DNA from: Polyangiaceae bacterium
GTDB taxonomy: Bacteria > Myxococcota_A > Polyangia > Polyangiales > Polyangiaceae
Direction: 5' to 3'
Assembly (NCBI GenBank): GCA_965222375.1
Contig: CBDCTZ010000016.1
Span: forward strand, 1,888,001-1,952,000
Length of the DNA: 64,000 nt
The notes beneath the pieces were generated by a model, which saw only the letters and a list, made by a program, of their open reading frames with translations, did no database searches and was not told the origin of the DNA. Below are positions 38,974-49,550 of this stretch, one piece after another (positions within the stretch are counted from its first letter, which is position 1; each line of letters begins with the position of its first letter). Both the position numbers and the translations under genes were made by a program.

Positions 38974-39441
38974 TTAGCCCGTCTTCAGTCCGGAGCAGGA
39001 GGACATGATCTCGATCTCCTTGGTGCCTTCGCTGACGGAGGCATTGGAGAGCCCGTTGTCCTTGTCGTCGACGATCCAAAGCTGATCGCCCGGCTTGAAG
39101 GTGTGGCTAGAGCGCGAATTCGAGCTGACCGTCGAGTACTTGCCGCTGCCAAACTTGGGCTTGTCGCCAAAGAAGACTCGCACGGTCTTGCTGCAAGAGC
39201 TCTTGATCGTCACGCTGACCGTAGAGGGCGCTTTGGCGGCTTCGGGAGCCTTGCTCTCTTCGCCAGCGGCTTCGTTGACCTGCGCTGTGGAGGGCGTGGC
39301 ACCGGGCGTTGCGGCCGCGCCGGGAGTGGCCTGCCCAGCTGCGGGCGGTTGAGCCATCATGCTGCCGTACTGACCGAGGGCGGAGCATCCGCTGATGAGG
39401 GAAATGAGGCCAAGAGCGGAAGCGAGTCGAATGCTAGTCAT
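38974..39441 (-). CDS. hypothetical lipoprotein
   Basis: MTSIRLASALGLISLISGC, Ala/Pro linker, small beta domain; AGGAG RBS upstream. Confidence 0.75.
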   Translation of the reverse strand: MTSIRLASALGLISLISGCSALGQYGSMMAQPPAAGQATPGAAATPGATPSTAQVNEAAGEESKAPEAAKAPSTVSVTIKSSCSKTVRVFFGDKPKFGSGKYSTVSSNSRSSHTFKPGDQLWIVDDKDNGLSNASVSEGTKEIEIMSSCSGLKTG

Positions 39442-39501
39442 CTGAGTTTCTCCTGATGCGGCGCGCCCGCCTTGGGTCACGCTGGTTTTCGCGCGCCCTA
39501 G

Positions 39502-39517
39502 TGCAGCGCCTGTGCCA
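39502..39517 (-). promoter_or_regulatory. candidate sigma54 -24/-12 promoter
   Basis: Minus strand TGGCACAGGCGCTGCA (GG-N10-GC) about 60 nt upstream of the ATG at 39441. Confidence 0.4.
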
Positions 39518-39688
39518 TCAGGAAAGTTCAGTAATTACAGCCGGTTAGAGTTCTGGCGCTGGGGCTTCGTGCCACGAAGCCCGCGCGAGCTGGGGCTCCA
39601 TGGCCCCAGCTCTGGCTCGACGGGTAGCCGCCCGACGCCCTGGTGCCGCGCACCATCGCGCGGCCATCCCCCTGCTCGAGTTCAACCC

Positions 39689-40117
39689 TCAGGCGACGAC
39701 GCGGGAAAGAGCCTCCGCGATTCTCGTCCAGCCACCCTCGTGGTTGCTGCGCGACTCCTCATTCGGAAAGCCCGCGTGGTGCAAGGTCAGTTCGGTTTCT
39801 CGTTCGCCCAACTCCTTGAAGGTCAGAGTGACCAGACTATCTGGCACCGTGTTGGCGGAGATCCAAGTGAAGGCCAGTGTCTTGTACTTGTCGATGCGCC
39901 TGTACTCGCCACGGTGGGGCAACTCCTTGTCTCCCGCTTGCATGACGATCAGGAAGCTCCCGCCTTCCTTGGCATCTACTTCCGCTTTCGGCACGTTCAT
40001 GTTGTCCGCGGGACACATGAACTTCATCAGTGCGTCAGCACTGAGCCAGGCTTCGAAGACGTCCTTGGGAGATGCCGGAATGGTACGCTTGACGGTGAGT
40101 TCGAAGTTTTGAGTCAT
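39689..40117 (-). CDS. SRPBCC/AHSA1 domain protein
   Basis: KRTIPASPKDVFEAW, GEYRRID..LAFTW, TELTLHH, HEGGW; ATGA overlap with the ArsR gene. Confidence 0.9.
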   Translation of the reverse strand: MTQNFELTVKRTIPASPKDVFEAWLSADALMKFMCPADNMNVPKAEVDAKEGGSFLIVMQAGDKELPHRGEYRRIDKYKTLAFTWISANTVPDSLVTLTFKELGERETELTLHHAGFPNEESRSNHEGGWTRIAEALSRVVA

Positions 40118-40485
40118 TTGTCTTTTCCTTTTGTTGTCTTTACGTAGTCCACGAGCGAGTCCAGGCGGCCGCTCCAGAAGTGGTGGTAGAAGTGCAGCCA
40201 CTCATAGGGTTGCTGCAGAGCCTCCCAATTCGCGCTGATCCAGTGCTCGCGCCCGTCGACTCGGCGCAGCACCAAGCCGGCTTTTTCGAGCACCTTCAGG
40301 TGCTTGGAAACGCCGTTCAGGCTCATCGAAAAGGCCTCTGCCAGGTCCCCCACCTTCAGCTCGCCCGCTTCTCGCAGCAGCTCGATGATTCGCCGCCGAG
40401 AGGGATCCGCGAGGGTGTGGAACACCGAACTGAGGCGCTCATCCCGCGCGGCATCGACCTTTTTCCGGCTGCGTCGTTCAACCAT
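40114..40485 (-). CDS. ArsR/SmtB family transcriptional regulator
   Basis: VFHTLADPSRRRII, VSKHLKVLEKAGLV, DGRE, FWSGRLD. Confidence 0.92.
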   Translation of the reverse strand: MVERRSRKKVDAARDERLSSVFHTLADPSRRRIIELLREAGELKVGDLAEAFSMSLNGVSKHLKVLEKAGLVLRRVDGREHWISANWEALQQPYEWLHFYHHFWSGRLDSLVDYVKTTKGKDK

Positions 40486-40517
40486 GTGGTTGATTGTATG
40501 TTCAACCACATGGTTGA
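40478..40517. promoter_or_regulatory. double palindromic operator, probably ArsR autoregulation
   Basis: TCAACCA-TG-TGGTTGA (40478-40493) and TCAACCA-CA-TGGTTGA (40502-40517); the first overlaps the ArsR start codon. Confidence 0.75.
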
Positions 40518-40611
40518 TCAACCCCCTGAGAGTATTTTTGTGGGTTTGGGGTCGAGCGGAGTTGGGGCGGAGCTGGGCGCTCATCCCGCGTCGGGGCTCG
40601 CGGAACGCGAG

Positions 40612-42897
40612 TCACTCGACTTGCTTCGGGTGGCCGGCGTCGCAGTACCACTTCTCCGGCAGAGTGGTCAGGTGGTCACAGGTGGCGGACGACCAACCCC
40701 GCGCAAGGCTGGCCGTGCTTCCCACTAGATCGGCCCCGCGCACGTCCGCTTCCGTTAGGTCAGCGCCACCCAGCTCGGCCTCCATCAGCGCAGCCGCGGT
40801 GAGCTTGGCCTGCCTCAGGTTCGCGCCGCGAAAGTTCGCTTGTGCGAGATCGGCCCCGCTGAGGTCGGCTTTCTCGAGATTGAGGCCCGACAGGTCCCGG
40901 GCACCCAACCGGGTGAGTTCGTTCACGGCGCGAGCACGTGTGCCGAGATCGGCTTGCTGCGCAGTGAGCCGCAGACGGTAGACCAGTAGCTGAGCTGGTT
41001 CCGCAACGAGCAAGCACGATGCAACCAAAGCGATCGCAGACAGGCGCAGCGCTACAAATTGTTTCTTCGGTCTGGGGAGAAGCAGCGTCGCCATCGCGAG
41101 GCTCAGGATCACCGCCACGGTCAGCACCGTGCCGAGGCGCTGGTCTGGTACTGGAGTCAGTCCACCAGCGGCCAAGACTGCGAGCATGCCAACGATTCCA
41201 GCCGCACCGATTCGCTTCTCAGTGGGTCGCGAAATCCACTTTGCCTGTACCGCCAGCGGTGTCGCGGGCGGTTCCGCAGCTCGCGGCGGTTCTGCATACG
41301 GCCCAACCTCGAACGTCGGTCCGCGGGTGGGGGGCAGGCTGCTGATTTGGTAAGGCAGAAAGTTGGTTTCGATCTCGCCCGCCAGCCCGACGCTTTCGAA
41401 CTGTTCGTAGTTCTCGAGATCTTCGATCAGGCTTGCCACCCACTGATAGCGCGCCGGGGGGTCGAGCAGCGTGGCCTTGCGCACGATTCGCACGAGTCCA
41501 CTCGGTTGTTTCGCGAGGGATTCGAGGGTTGGGACCTCCTCCACGGCGTCTTCAGGCGTCTCCCCGAGTAGCAAGAAGTGGAACAGCCGACCCAAGCTGT
41601 AGATATCTACGGTGGGGCTTTGTGTGCCCGAGCCCAAGACCTCCTCGGGCGCGGAATAGGCGCGGTAGCCTCGGAGATCTCCGGACTCGGCAGCTAGGCT
41701 TGGAAGGTCGGCAACGTCGACATCAGCCAAAATCGGCTCCAAGTCCTCACTCAACAAGACGTTGGACGGTTTCAGACAGCGATGGATGACGCCGGAGTCG
41801 TGTAGCTTCTCCACTCCCTTGCAGAGTTTTATGAAGAAATCGACTAGTTGCCGCGTTTTCAAGTTGAGGGCAGGCAAGCTCTCGAGATTGCCGTTCGCGT
41901 GGTAGGGCATGACGTAGGCCAGCCCGTTCAGATCATTGGCCAGCACGCTGACAACCGGGGGCGCCTCCGCGGCATCCATTTGATTCAACCGATTGAGCGT
42001 GCGGACGCTGCGACGAAACGCGGCCGAGCAAGTCCCGGACGAATAGCTCCGGAGATTGAAGAACTTGATCACCGCCTTGGCGCCGTTGCTATCCATCCCA
42101 AACCAGGTCTCAGAGTGCATTCCGCGGGCCATGCGGCGCTTCAGCCAGGCGCCGAGGACCTCGTCTCCTTCACGACGGTCTGCGATGACGATCCCCGGAA
42201 GCTCTGAGTCGGGCGCCCGCGGGCGGAGCGATGGCGGCGGGCGCGAAGGAGCGTCGAGGCCGGGCGGCAGCGACAGCATTCGGAGTTCCTCGACGTACAA
42301 GCTGGATGGGGGCTGCGACTGTTGGTGGGAGACCCTTGCCCGACGCTCCTTTAGTTCTGCCGTGGCCAAGGCGCGAATGGATGCTGAGACCGCCGTGGCG
42401 CCGCATGCGTGTTGCACGCGTTCGGAGAACTCTGAAAGCCCGACGAGCTCGGTGCCGGCGCGCCACAAGGCGATGACGCCTCGGTCATCGAGCCCGGATA
42501 GCTCGCATGCGGCAAAGTCCATTCGGGCGCCAACCCAACTGGCTGGCTCGCCGCGCATTCCGGACAGGTTGGCGCCAGTGAGATTAGCACCAGCCAGACA
42601 CGCCCCCTCGAGACGCGCCTGCTCGAGGTTGGCTCCAGAGAGATCTGCATCCGTGAGGTCGGCGCCGTTTAGGTCGACCCGTTCAAGGCAGGCATTCTGG
42701 AGTTGAGCGTTGCCGAGCTTCGCTCCAGACAGCGTCGCGAAGTCGAGATGGGCGGAGCGCAGATCCGCGCCGACCAGGTCGGCCCTCAACAGGTGGGCGC
42801 CGCGAAGATCGGTTTCTCTCAACTCGATCGTCGCCGGCGTTCCTGCCCGCCGCGCGTCGAGGACTGAGAACAGATGCTTCAGAGCAAGGCTATCCAT
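40612..42897 (-). CDS. pentapeptide repeat - degenerate Ser/Thr kinase - three TM - pentapeptide repeat protein
   Basis: A(D/N)Lxx repeats at both ends; kinase-like [26 protein letters not shown]. Confidence 0.85.
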   Translation of the reverse strand: MDSLALKHLFSVLDARRAGTPATIELRETDLRGAHLLRADLVGADLRSAHLDFATLSGAKLGNAQLQNACLERVDLNGADLTDADLSGANLEQARLEGACLAGANLTGANLSGMRGEPASWVGARMDFAACELSGLDDRGVIALWRAGTELVGLSEFSERVQHACGATAVSASIRALATAELKERRARVSHQQSQPPSSLYVEELRMLSLPPGLDAPSRPPPSLRPRAPDSELPGIVIADRREGDEVLGAWLKRRMARGMHSETWFGMDSNGAKAVIKFFNLRSYSSGTCSAAFRRSVRTLNRLNQMDAAEAPPVVSVLANDLNGLAYVMPYHANGNLESLPALNLKTRQLVDFFIKLCKGVEKLHDSGVIHRCLKPSNVLLSEDLEPILADVDVADLPSLAAESGDLRGYRAYSAPEEVLGSGTQSPTVDIYSLGRLFHFLLLGETPEDAVEEVPTLESLAKQPSGLVRIVRKATLLDPPARYQWVASLIEDLENYEQFESVGLAGEIETNFLPYQISSLPPTRGPTFEVGPYAEPPRAAEPPATPLAVQAKWISRPTEKRIGAAGIVGMLAVLAAGGLTPVPDQRLGTVLTVAVILSLAMATLLLPRPKKQFVALRLSAIALVASCLLVAEPAQLLVYRLRLTAQQADLGTRARAVNELTRLGARDLSGLNLEKADLSGADLAQANFRGANLRQAKLTAAALMEAELGGADLTEADVRGADLVGSTASLARGWSSATCDHLTTLPEKWYCDAGHPKQVE

Positions 42898-42899
42898 CG

Positions 42900-43589
42900 C
42901 TACTCGTCCTGGTCCGCAATGCCGATCGCGGGCCCCCGGAACGCCTGCCGCTCATTGTTGACTGCGCCATACATGACGAACCAGGAGGTCTCGCCATCTC
43001 CGTCGAGGTCCCCCCGAGCGTACGCGGACCATTGGCGCTCCAAGGGGATGCCTGGGGGCGCGCCGCCTTTGGGCAGCCGCACGGTGATCGGTGGCCCGCC
43101 CAACTTGTATCGGTACTGATAGTATTGAGCTTGCTGCTTGTTGAACCGCAGGCAGTGCCAGCCTGTCGAAATGTCGCCGGTGTTCCATTCTGCGGGAGTC
43201 GACTGATACTTCTTTCCCGCGACCATGTTGAACTGCTTGGGAACCGCTTCCGAGCTGCCGCACAGCCCCGGCACGCTAAAGGTGACCGTCGCGCCGCCTC
43301 CGCCGCTCTTGCCCTTGCCGCTCGTCGAGCCTACGACCTTGCCACCGCCGATTCCGGCTGTAGTGCCTGCCTCCAGAATATCCGCGGACATCGATTCGCG
43401 AGCGGATGCCGCGACGACCGCATTGCCGATTCCACCGAGGGATTGGATCGCTTCGGCGGATTTGCTCATCGCGACGTATCGGCGGACGCCGTAGGTGGCC
43501 AGCGCTGCCAACGTGCCGACGATCGCCACGACGATCATCAGCTCGATCAGCGTGACCCCTCGGCTACTTCGTCGTGCTCTCGTCTTCAC
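42900..43589 (-). CDS. type IV pilin-like protein with prepilin N-terminal motif
   Basis: [27 protein letters not shown]-terminal W.CLRF..QYYQY and [12 protein letters not shown] at 43589 chosen. Confidence 0.85.
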   Translation of the reverse strand: MKTRARRSSRGVTLIELMIVVAIVGTLAALATYGVRRYVAMSKSAEAIQSLGGIGNAVVAASARESMSADILEAGTTAGIGGGKVVGSTSGKGKSGGGGATVTFSVPGLCGSSEAVPKQFNMVAGKKYQSTPAEWNTGDISTGWHCLRFNKQQAQYYQYRYKLGGPPITVRLPKGGAPPGIPLERQWSAYARGDLDGDGETSWFVMYGAVNNERQAFRGPAIGIADQDE

Positions 43590-43719
43590 TTGCCGTTTGG
43601 TGCTTTGGTGCTGCGACCCAACCGTGAAGGATATCATCCGCGACGTTGAAAGGGAGCTTGATTTCGCTTCTGCCCATCGGGCCCATCGGGGGGCGCAGGC
43701 ATTTGGCGCCGGCGCCGGC

Positions 43720-46149
43720 TTACGGGCGGATCCAGATTTCCGAGGGGCGTTTTTGTTCGGGTCGGACGTACTTCTCGCCGCCCCGGGTTTTGCGAACCGC
43801 CGCCCGATGGAATGCATCAGCATACAGTGCGGGGAGCACTTGCTTGGCGCACTTGGGCTGGACCACGACAAAGGAAGCTCGCTTGACGAGGTCCGCGGGC
43901 ACGCCGGTCTGGCTCGGTTTCGGATATGTGGCGCGATCCTCGTTCTTGGGCACGCTGGGCTTTCGGAATACCCGCACGTTCAAATCTGAAAGGCGATATA
44001 GCCCGTCTTTGTAGGAGTCGTTGCAGCCGAAGAAGGCGACTTGGTCATCGTATTTGAAACCCGCGGGACGCTCACTCGGCGGGGTCGTCAGTCGAAACCC
44101 ACCCGACAGTCCGATCTGATGGCCGTGTTGGTGAAGAAAACCGTAGAAGAGTAAGTCTCCAGAAAGGGGCAGCCAGGCATCGGACTTCGTCGAGTCGGAG
44201 TAGATGTGAGTGACGCCGTACGACCTCAAGCGATCCCAAACCTCTCCCGGATCACGCGCGTCTTCCCAGCGAATCACCGGTTGCATTCGCGGGCTGTCGA
44301 CGACGAAGTTCGCGCCCAAGCCCGTGGAGGTGAACACTCGGTGCAGCAGCACCGTTGACTTCTTGGGGATCTGCTTGCGCATGCCTCGGGTCAAATAGGG
44401 CCAGAGCCTATCTTTGTACTTCTTCCGGTAACCCGATTCCAATAGGTCGTTCACCTTCTTCAAGGGTGCGGTGGACATGGCGTGGGTCTGGATGAAGTAC
44501 ACGTCTCCGCCCCAGATGACCTGCGCGAGGACCACGAGCACAACGGCACCTCGGGCCACCAAGTGTTCCCTCCACACCATGATGAACGCGGCTGCAGTGG
44601 GCACCACCAACAGCGGCATGATTCCCTGCAGGTATCGATCCTGATGGTTCATGCGGTACCAGAGGGTGAGGGCCACGAGGGCGATCCCCCCAACCGCCAT
44701 CCCCCGCCAAGAGCGGGGTTTGGTGAAGGGAAGCGCGACCGTCAGCAGCGTGAAAAGGGAACCGAAGACGGGGACCTTGCCGTGGCGCTTGCCCCAATCG
44801 TGGGGTTCGAAGGAAAACGTGAACAGCGCCTTGGCCGTGTCGATCCAACCCTCCTGTCCCGGGGGAGGGCGCCAAAACGCCGAACTGAAACCAATCTCGA
44901 ACAGGTCAGCCGTACGCTCGTCCCACAGCGGGCTCTTGAGCAGCCCAGCCTTGGCCAGTACGGGAAAGAGCGGGTCGCCATACCAGATCCAGTTGGTGAG
45001 CCAGAACGGTGAGGTGACGGCCAACCCGACCCCGGCTGCCACGAGGGGGGCTTTCCACCAATTCGGTGATGCCATGCCAAAGGGCCGCTTCCGATAGCGT
45101 GCCAGCCCGCACCAGGCCACGCGCCCCAGAAAGGCGACGATCACGGCGGGTGCGACCATGATTGTCGTCATGGTTTTCGTCAGCGCCATGCCCGCAACGA
45201 ACAGCGCCAAGAGCGCGGACCATCGAACGGTTACGGATCGCCAGACGTGGAATAGAGCCAGCACCACTGGAGGAATGAAGGCCGAGCAGATGTGATCGGC
45301 GCCTCCGTTCAACGTCGAGCCGTACAGAAAGACACCTGGGAAAGCGAAACGCATCGCCCAGGCACCCGGCGTGCGGCTTCGACCGACGCAGCGGGCGACC
45401 AGGACGTTGATGCCAACCAGGGACCACAGAAAAAGGCAGAACTCGAAGTGCAGGCAGAGCTCCACCTGGTCGAAGAGCACCGAACCTGGGATCTGGAAAG
45501 CCCAGGCGTAGAACACGCTTGCCAAATGCGGCTGCGTCGACGGGTACCAGGCCTCGACAGAGCGATCGATCCCGCCGGCGGCCCAGTACTTTTCGCCCAG
45601 GGGGATGTGGTACCAGAGCGCGTCGTAGCCCGCGTTTTCCGGCGACAGGAGCTGGAAGTACACCATGCCGATACCGAGGGCACCGGCTAGCCCCACCAAA
45701 ACGAGTAGTGGGCTTGGAGGCGGGCCGACCAAGCGACGTCGGCGCCGCCAATAGCGCCAAACGTATCGGCCGAAGGGCCATCCGCCCACCAAACTCATCA
45801 GGCCTGGCATGGCGTAGAAGAACACGGGTCCAAACAGGTGCAGCAGGCCCGCCAGGTAGGTGATCACGAAGGACACCAGGACGCCCGTGAGCATCGACAG
45901 CAGCAGCTGTTCTTGAAAGCGCAGGGTTCGACGCAGCAGCTTCCGCAGTATCAGGTGGCCGGTGGACAGGCAGCCGAAGGTCCAGAACCCCATCGCCAGC
46001 CAATAGGTCGTGTAGCGCCAGAACAGCCAGCGCTTCAGCGGGTAGTGCTCGTGCACGACCGAAAGGAAGTAGGCGCCCGCGAGCAGCAGCAGGACCGCTA
46101 GTGCCACGCGCCGTGCGACTTGCAAGCCTTGCCCGAGTTTCCCGCCCAT
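43720..46149 (-). CDS. large polytopic membrane protein, GT-C (ArnT/PMT-like) glycosyltransferase candidate
   Basis: Many TM segments; loop motif GYDALWYH, LTK, NWIWYGDPLFP, QDRYL..MP; start uncertain. Confidence 0.6.
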   Translation of the reverse strand: MGGKLGQGLQVARRVALAVLLLLAGAYFLSVVHEHYPLKRWLFWRYTTYWLAMGFWTFGCLSTGHLILRKLLRRTLRFQEQLLLSMLTGVLVSFVITYLAGLLHLFGPVFFYAMPGLMSLVGGWPFGRYVWRYWRRRRRLVGPPPSPLLVLVGLAGALGIGMVYFQLLSPENAGYDALWYHIPLGEKYWAAGGIDRSVEAWYPSTQPHLASVFYAWAFQIPGSVLFDQVELCLHFEFCLFLWSLVGINVLVARCVGRSRTPGAWAMRFAFPGVFLYGSTLNGGADHICSAFIPPVVLALFHVWRSVTVRWSALLALFVAGMALTKTMTTIMVAPAVIVAFLGRVAWCGLARYRKRPFGMASPNWWKAPLVAAGVGLAVTSPFWLTNWIWYGDPLFPVLAKAGLLKSPLWDERTADLFEIGFSSAFWRPPPGQEGWIDTAKALFTFSFEPHDWGKRHGKVPVFGSLFTLLTVALPFTKPRSWRGMAVGGIALVALTLWYRMNHQDRYLQGIMPLLVVPTAAAFIMVWREHLVARGAVVLVVLAQVIWGGDVYFIQTHAMSTAPLKKVNDLLESGYRKKYKDRLWPYLTRGMRKQIPKKSTVLLHRVFTSTGLGANFVVDSPRMQPVIRWEDARDPGEVWDRLRSYGVTHIYSDSTKSDAWLPLSGDLLFYGFLHQHGHQIGLSGGFRLTTPPSERPAGFKYDDQVAFFGCNDSYKDGLYRLSDLNVRVFRKPSVPKNEDRATYPKPSQTGVPADLVKRASFVVVQPKCAKQVLPALYADAFHRAAVRKTRGGEKYVRPEQKRPSEIWIRP

Positions 46150-46515
46150 TCGCGTAGACCTGTGTGATGTTCGTCGAAGGATCGAAGTGCCAGCGCAGCG
46201 CCTCAAGGCGCACCCTGTCGTTTCTCGTCGCGCCCTGTCGCGCCCTGTCGCGCGACTGCATCGTGTGTGCCAGTGCACATGCTCTTCGCAGGCCTCGAAT
46301 CCGTAGGTCAAGAGCGAATTGAACTGGGCGAAATAGAAGCGGATCCGTCGAGCCACGCCAGCCGCCTGCTGGGCTTGGTTGGCACAGATTGGCCGGCAGA
46401 TCTGGCAGACTCGTCGTGGTCAGGCGACTCTGCTTTCTGGCGCGAAAGCGACGGACCGCGAAGAACCGTCGATGACGGCAGGGTCCGCCACATCCCCCAA
46501 AACAAAAAACCTGCC

Positions 46516-47478
46516 CTACTTGGTTGCGATGTCTCCAACGAACCATCGGGTGAAACCAGCTCCCAGGGTGGCCGGTAACAATTGGGTCAAGGTGAGCAGT
46601 AGTAGCGTGGCGCCGACGATGTCCTGGGCGGGAACGAAGTCGGACAAGAGCAGGAGCGCGGCGGCTTCCCGAGTCCCGAGCCCGAGGACGGTCAGGGGCA
46701 ACTTGGCGGCGAGTAAGATGATGGGAGTGCGTGTCAAAACGACGCCCCAAGGGATGTCGTGACCCAGAGCGCGGAGCGCAAGCAGGAAGATCACGACCTC
46801 GCCCGCGACCAGGATGAAGCTGTGAGCGGTTGCGACGAGGGCCGGGCGGCGGGTGAGCAGCGGTCGCCTGGTCAGGGCCGTTGCCAGTCGCTGCAGCCCT
46901 GACCACGGCATGTGGCGCGCGAGCCGGGGAATGAGGAAGTGGGCCATGGCGCCCAAGCCAATCCAGGTCGCGGTGGTTGCGCCCAGGCTCAGTTGAGTCA
47001 CCGAGCTGGCCAGGGGCGTGAGCAGGCTGCCAGCGAAGGCCAACAGGAGCAGGCAGGCGAACTTGAGCCAGAGTAGGAATGAGGTCGCGAGCAGCGCCGT
47101 GGGCAGCGGGATGCCATCGCGGCGGTGCACGACGGCGACGCGACCCAGATTGCCGCTACCTGCAGGTAGCAGATTGTGCAGCGTGAGGTTGGCCAGGGTT
47201 GCACGTAGCGCGGACGGCCAACTGAGGCTGGCTCCTGCCGCGACGACAGCGTTGCGAAACGCCGCCGCGGACTGCGCGGTGTTGAGCCAGAGCGCAACAA
47301 CGGCTGTGCCCAGGATCAAACCCAAATTGGTCCGGCTCAGTGCGTCACCGACCGCAGCCAGGGGCACTTTGGAAAAGACGAGGACCAGTAATGTGGCCGT
47401 CAGCCCCGCCGTCAGCAATTGCGCCGCTCGTTGGCGCGTTTTGGACCTGCCCGGGGCTGTTGCTTGTGGTGGCTTCAA
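46516..47478 (-). CDS. lysylphosphatidylglycerol synthase TM / UPF0104 flippase-like protein
   Basis: NLLPAGSGNLGR, LPLTVLGLGTREAA, multiple TM; TTG overlaps the upstream TGA. Confidence 0.75.
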   Translation of the reverse strand: MKPPQATAPGRSKTRQRAAQLLTAGLTATLLVLVFSKVPLAAVGDALSRTNLGLILGTAVVALWLNTAQSAAAFRNAVVAAGASLSWPSALRATLANLTLHNLLPAGSGNLGRVAVVHRRDGIPLPTALLATSFLLWLKFACLLLLAFAGSLLTPLASSVTQLSLGATTATWIGLGAMAHFLIPRLARHMPWSGLQRLATALTRRPLLTRRPALVATAHSFILVAGEVVIFLLALRALGHDIPWGVVLTRTPIILLAAKLPLTVLGLGTREAAALLLLSDFVPAQDIVGATLLLLTLTQLLPATLGAGFTRWFVGDIATK

Positions 47479-48497
47479 CGGTTCGGGTCTCGTCGCTGAG
47501 CCATGTAGTTGCGGGTCGCGAGGTTCCACACTGCCCCGGGGCTGCCTGAGAAGATCAGGTTCTTCTCGATGCTGTGCGCGGCCCAGCATGTGCCGCCGCT
47601 ACAGTCAATTTTAGGCAATCGACGAAAGGCTTCTGCGACGCCCAGCTCGATGGCATTCGGGGCGGGGAGGCAGCGGGGATCCGAGAGGCTGCGGGAGCAG
47701 GGAAACATGCTGCCGTCGACTTCAATCCGGCAGGTGATGCGCCCGGCGTGACAGCGCAGCTCGTGCATGCGGGGAAACTGCATCAGTACTTCGAGGCCCG
47801 GCGTGGAGTTCCACACGACGGGGCGATAGTCCGGCTGCATCAGGCGTCGTAGCGCGGCGCGATAGGAGCTCAGCTCCGGGGTCTCGGGGTTGGCCTCCTC
47901 GGAACCCAGGCGATGCACCGCGCCGGGTTGGACGACCAAGTAGGTGTCGTACTGCTTGGCCAGACGCACGAAGAAGTCCAAGTGCTCGAGGTTGTTCTTG
48001 AACAGCGCGACGTAGAAGGCGAAACGCTTGCCTCGAGCTCGCAGGGTCTCCAGGCCCGCCAGGAGCTTGGCGTAGGCGCGCTTTCCGCGGTAGCCATCGT
48101 GCACGGATTCGGGGCCGTCGATGCTGATAAGAAACGTGTCTGCGGCGTCGACCACGTCGTGCCGTTCCGCGATCAGCGTGGCGTTGGTGTTGACGCTCGA
48201 TGCCATCTTGCGTGTCCGAATGCGACCCAGCAGGGCGGGCAGGTCGTCTCGGAGCAGCGGTTCGCCGCCGGTCAGATGCACTCGCTGACAGCCGAGATCG
48301 GCGAGTTCATCGATCAGGCGCAGAGCGGTTTGCGTATCCGGGCCCTTGGGGCCGCTGAAGCGATCGCAGAATGGGCAGCGTGCGTTGCAGACTCGTGTGA
48401 CTTCCCAACCCACTCCCAAGAGCTGACGTGGTCCGCCGGCCGCAGCGGTGGCAAAGCGCGCGGCAGTCTTGAGCTGGCGTCGGATTGAGCGCACCAC
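47475..48497 (-). CDS. radical SAM protein with C-terminal SPASM/twitch-like Cys domain
   Basis: CNARCPFC, TGGEPLLR, SIDG..HD..RG; CHAG..DG..FPC..C..C. Confidence 0.9.
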   Translation of the reverse strand: MVRSIRRQLKTAARFATAAAGGPRQLLGVGWEVTRVCNARCPFCDRFSGPKGPDTQTALRLIDELADLGCQRVHLTGGEPLLRDDLPALLGRIRTRKMASSVNTNATLIAERHDVVDAADTFLISIDGPESVHDGYRGKRAYAKLLAGLETLRARGKRFAFYVALFKNNLEHLDFFVRLAKQYDTYLVVQPGAVHRLGSEEANPETPELSSYRAALRRLMQPDYRPVVWNSTPGLEVLMQFPRMHELRCHAGRITCRIEVDGSMFPCSRSLSDPRCLPAPNAIELGVAEAFRRLPKIDCSGGTCWAAHSIEKNLIFSGSPGAVWNLATRNYMAQRRDPNR

Positions 48498-48518
48498 CGA
48501 GAGGAGGTTAGCAGCGCA

Positions 48519-49550
48519 TCAAGGCGAGAGCTTAGCGGAAATGCGGCCGACGTCCGCGGACCAGCGCAAGAGGTCGACCAGGGTGTCGTCCAAGGGGCGC
48601 GGAGAGAAACCGAGTTCCGCAACTGCCCGGCTGTTGTCGATGTAGGCGAAGCTATGCAGACGGTTTTCGAGTTGGCGCGCAGTGACGAAGGGCTTCTGCC
48701 CCGCGCGCAGCGCAAGCCCCTCGTAGACCTTCACCGCAGCGATGAGGGACTTGTCCGGGACCCGAAGCCAGGGCGCGCTGGACAGCTGGCGTAGGCGTCG
48801 CAGTGCGGTCGACAGCTCTCGGAAGGTCAGGTTGTGGCCGCCAATCAGGTAACGCCTTCCCGGGCGTCCTTCTTCGAATGCGGCGAGCTGTGCGTCGGCG
48901 AGGTCTCGAACGTCGAGCACGTTGAGTCCTCCCGTGAACCAGACCGGGATTTGGGCGCGTTGGTAGAGTTGCTCGATGCGCCCGTTGGATGCGCTCTGAC
49001 CCGGGTCGTCGGGTCCCACGGTCATTCCCGGCAGGAGGGCGACGGCGTTTGCGTTGCTGGCTTCCCAAAGCCGACGCTCCGCGGCGATCTTGGCCTTGGC
49101 GTAGGGTGTGATTGGGTCTTCGTTCCAATCCTCTTCCGTGCGCGGTCGAAGAGGGTCCTGGGTCTCACCGACCGCACCTGCGGTGCCGGTGTAGACCAGG
49201 CGCGGCCGCGTCGGTGTTGCTTCGATGGCCGCGAGCATGGCCTCCAGGCCGTCTACCGCGATGCGGCTCAGTTCCCGTTCGGCCTCGGCGCCGGACAGAT
49301 GCTGCACGTGCTTCATCGCGAGGTGGAATACGGCGTGGGTGCCCTCCGCCGCGCGCCGCATGGCCTGCTTGTCACAGACATCCCCGGAGACGTACTCGTA
49401 GCGCTCCGTGTACGGGAAAAAGCCCCGGGGCGGCCGTGCGATATCGAGCCCGCGGACTCGCCAGCCTTGCTCCAGCAGCGTGCGCGCGACCCAGCCTCCG
49501 ATGTGGCCGGACGCACCTGTGACAAGTGCCAACTGTCCGCTGCGACTCAT
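48519..49550 (-). CDS. NAD-dependent epimerase/dehydratase (extended SDR, HpnA/DFR-like)
   Basis: LVTGASGHIGG, YAKAK, GPDD, DVRDLA, GRRYLIGG. Confidence 0.9.
   Translation of the reverse strand: MSRSGQLALVTGASGHIGGWVARTLLEQGWRVRGLDIARPPRGFFPYTERYEYVSGDVCDKQAMRRAAEGTHAVFHLAMKHVQHLSGAEAERELSRIAVDGLEAMLAAIEATPTRPRLVYTGTAGAVGETQDPLRPRTEEDWNEDPITPYAKAKIAAERRLWEASNANAVALLPGMTVGPDDPGQSASNGRIEQLYQRAQIPVWFTGGLNVLDVRDLADAQLAAFEEGRPGRRYLIGGHNLTFRELSTALRRLRQLSSAPWLRVPDKSLIAAVKVYEGLALRAGQKPFVTARQLENRLHSFAYIDNSRAVAELGFSPRPLDDTLVDLLRWSADVGRISAKLSP

Noticed and set aside
46211..46253. CGCCCTGTCG short tandem repeat
   Set aside because: Only two exact copies plus degenerate ones; no support for a function.
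44906..46906. 666-aa minus-strand ORF
   Set aside because: Arg/Pro-rich off-frame overlap of the GT-C-like and flippase-like genes, with no motifs.
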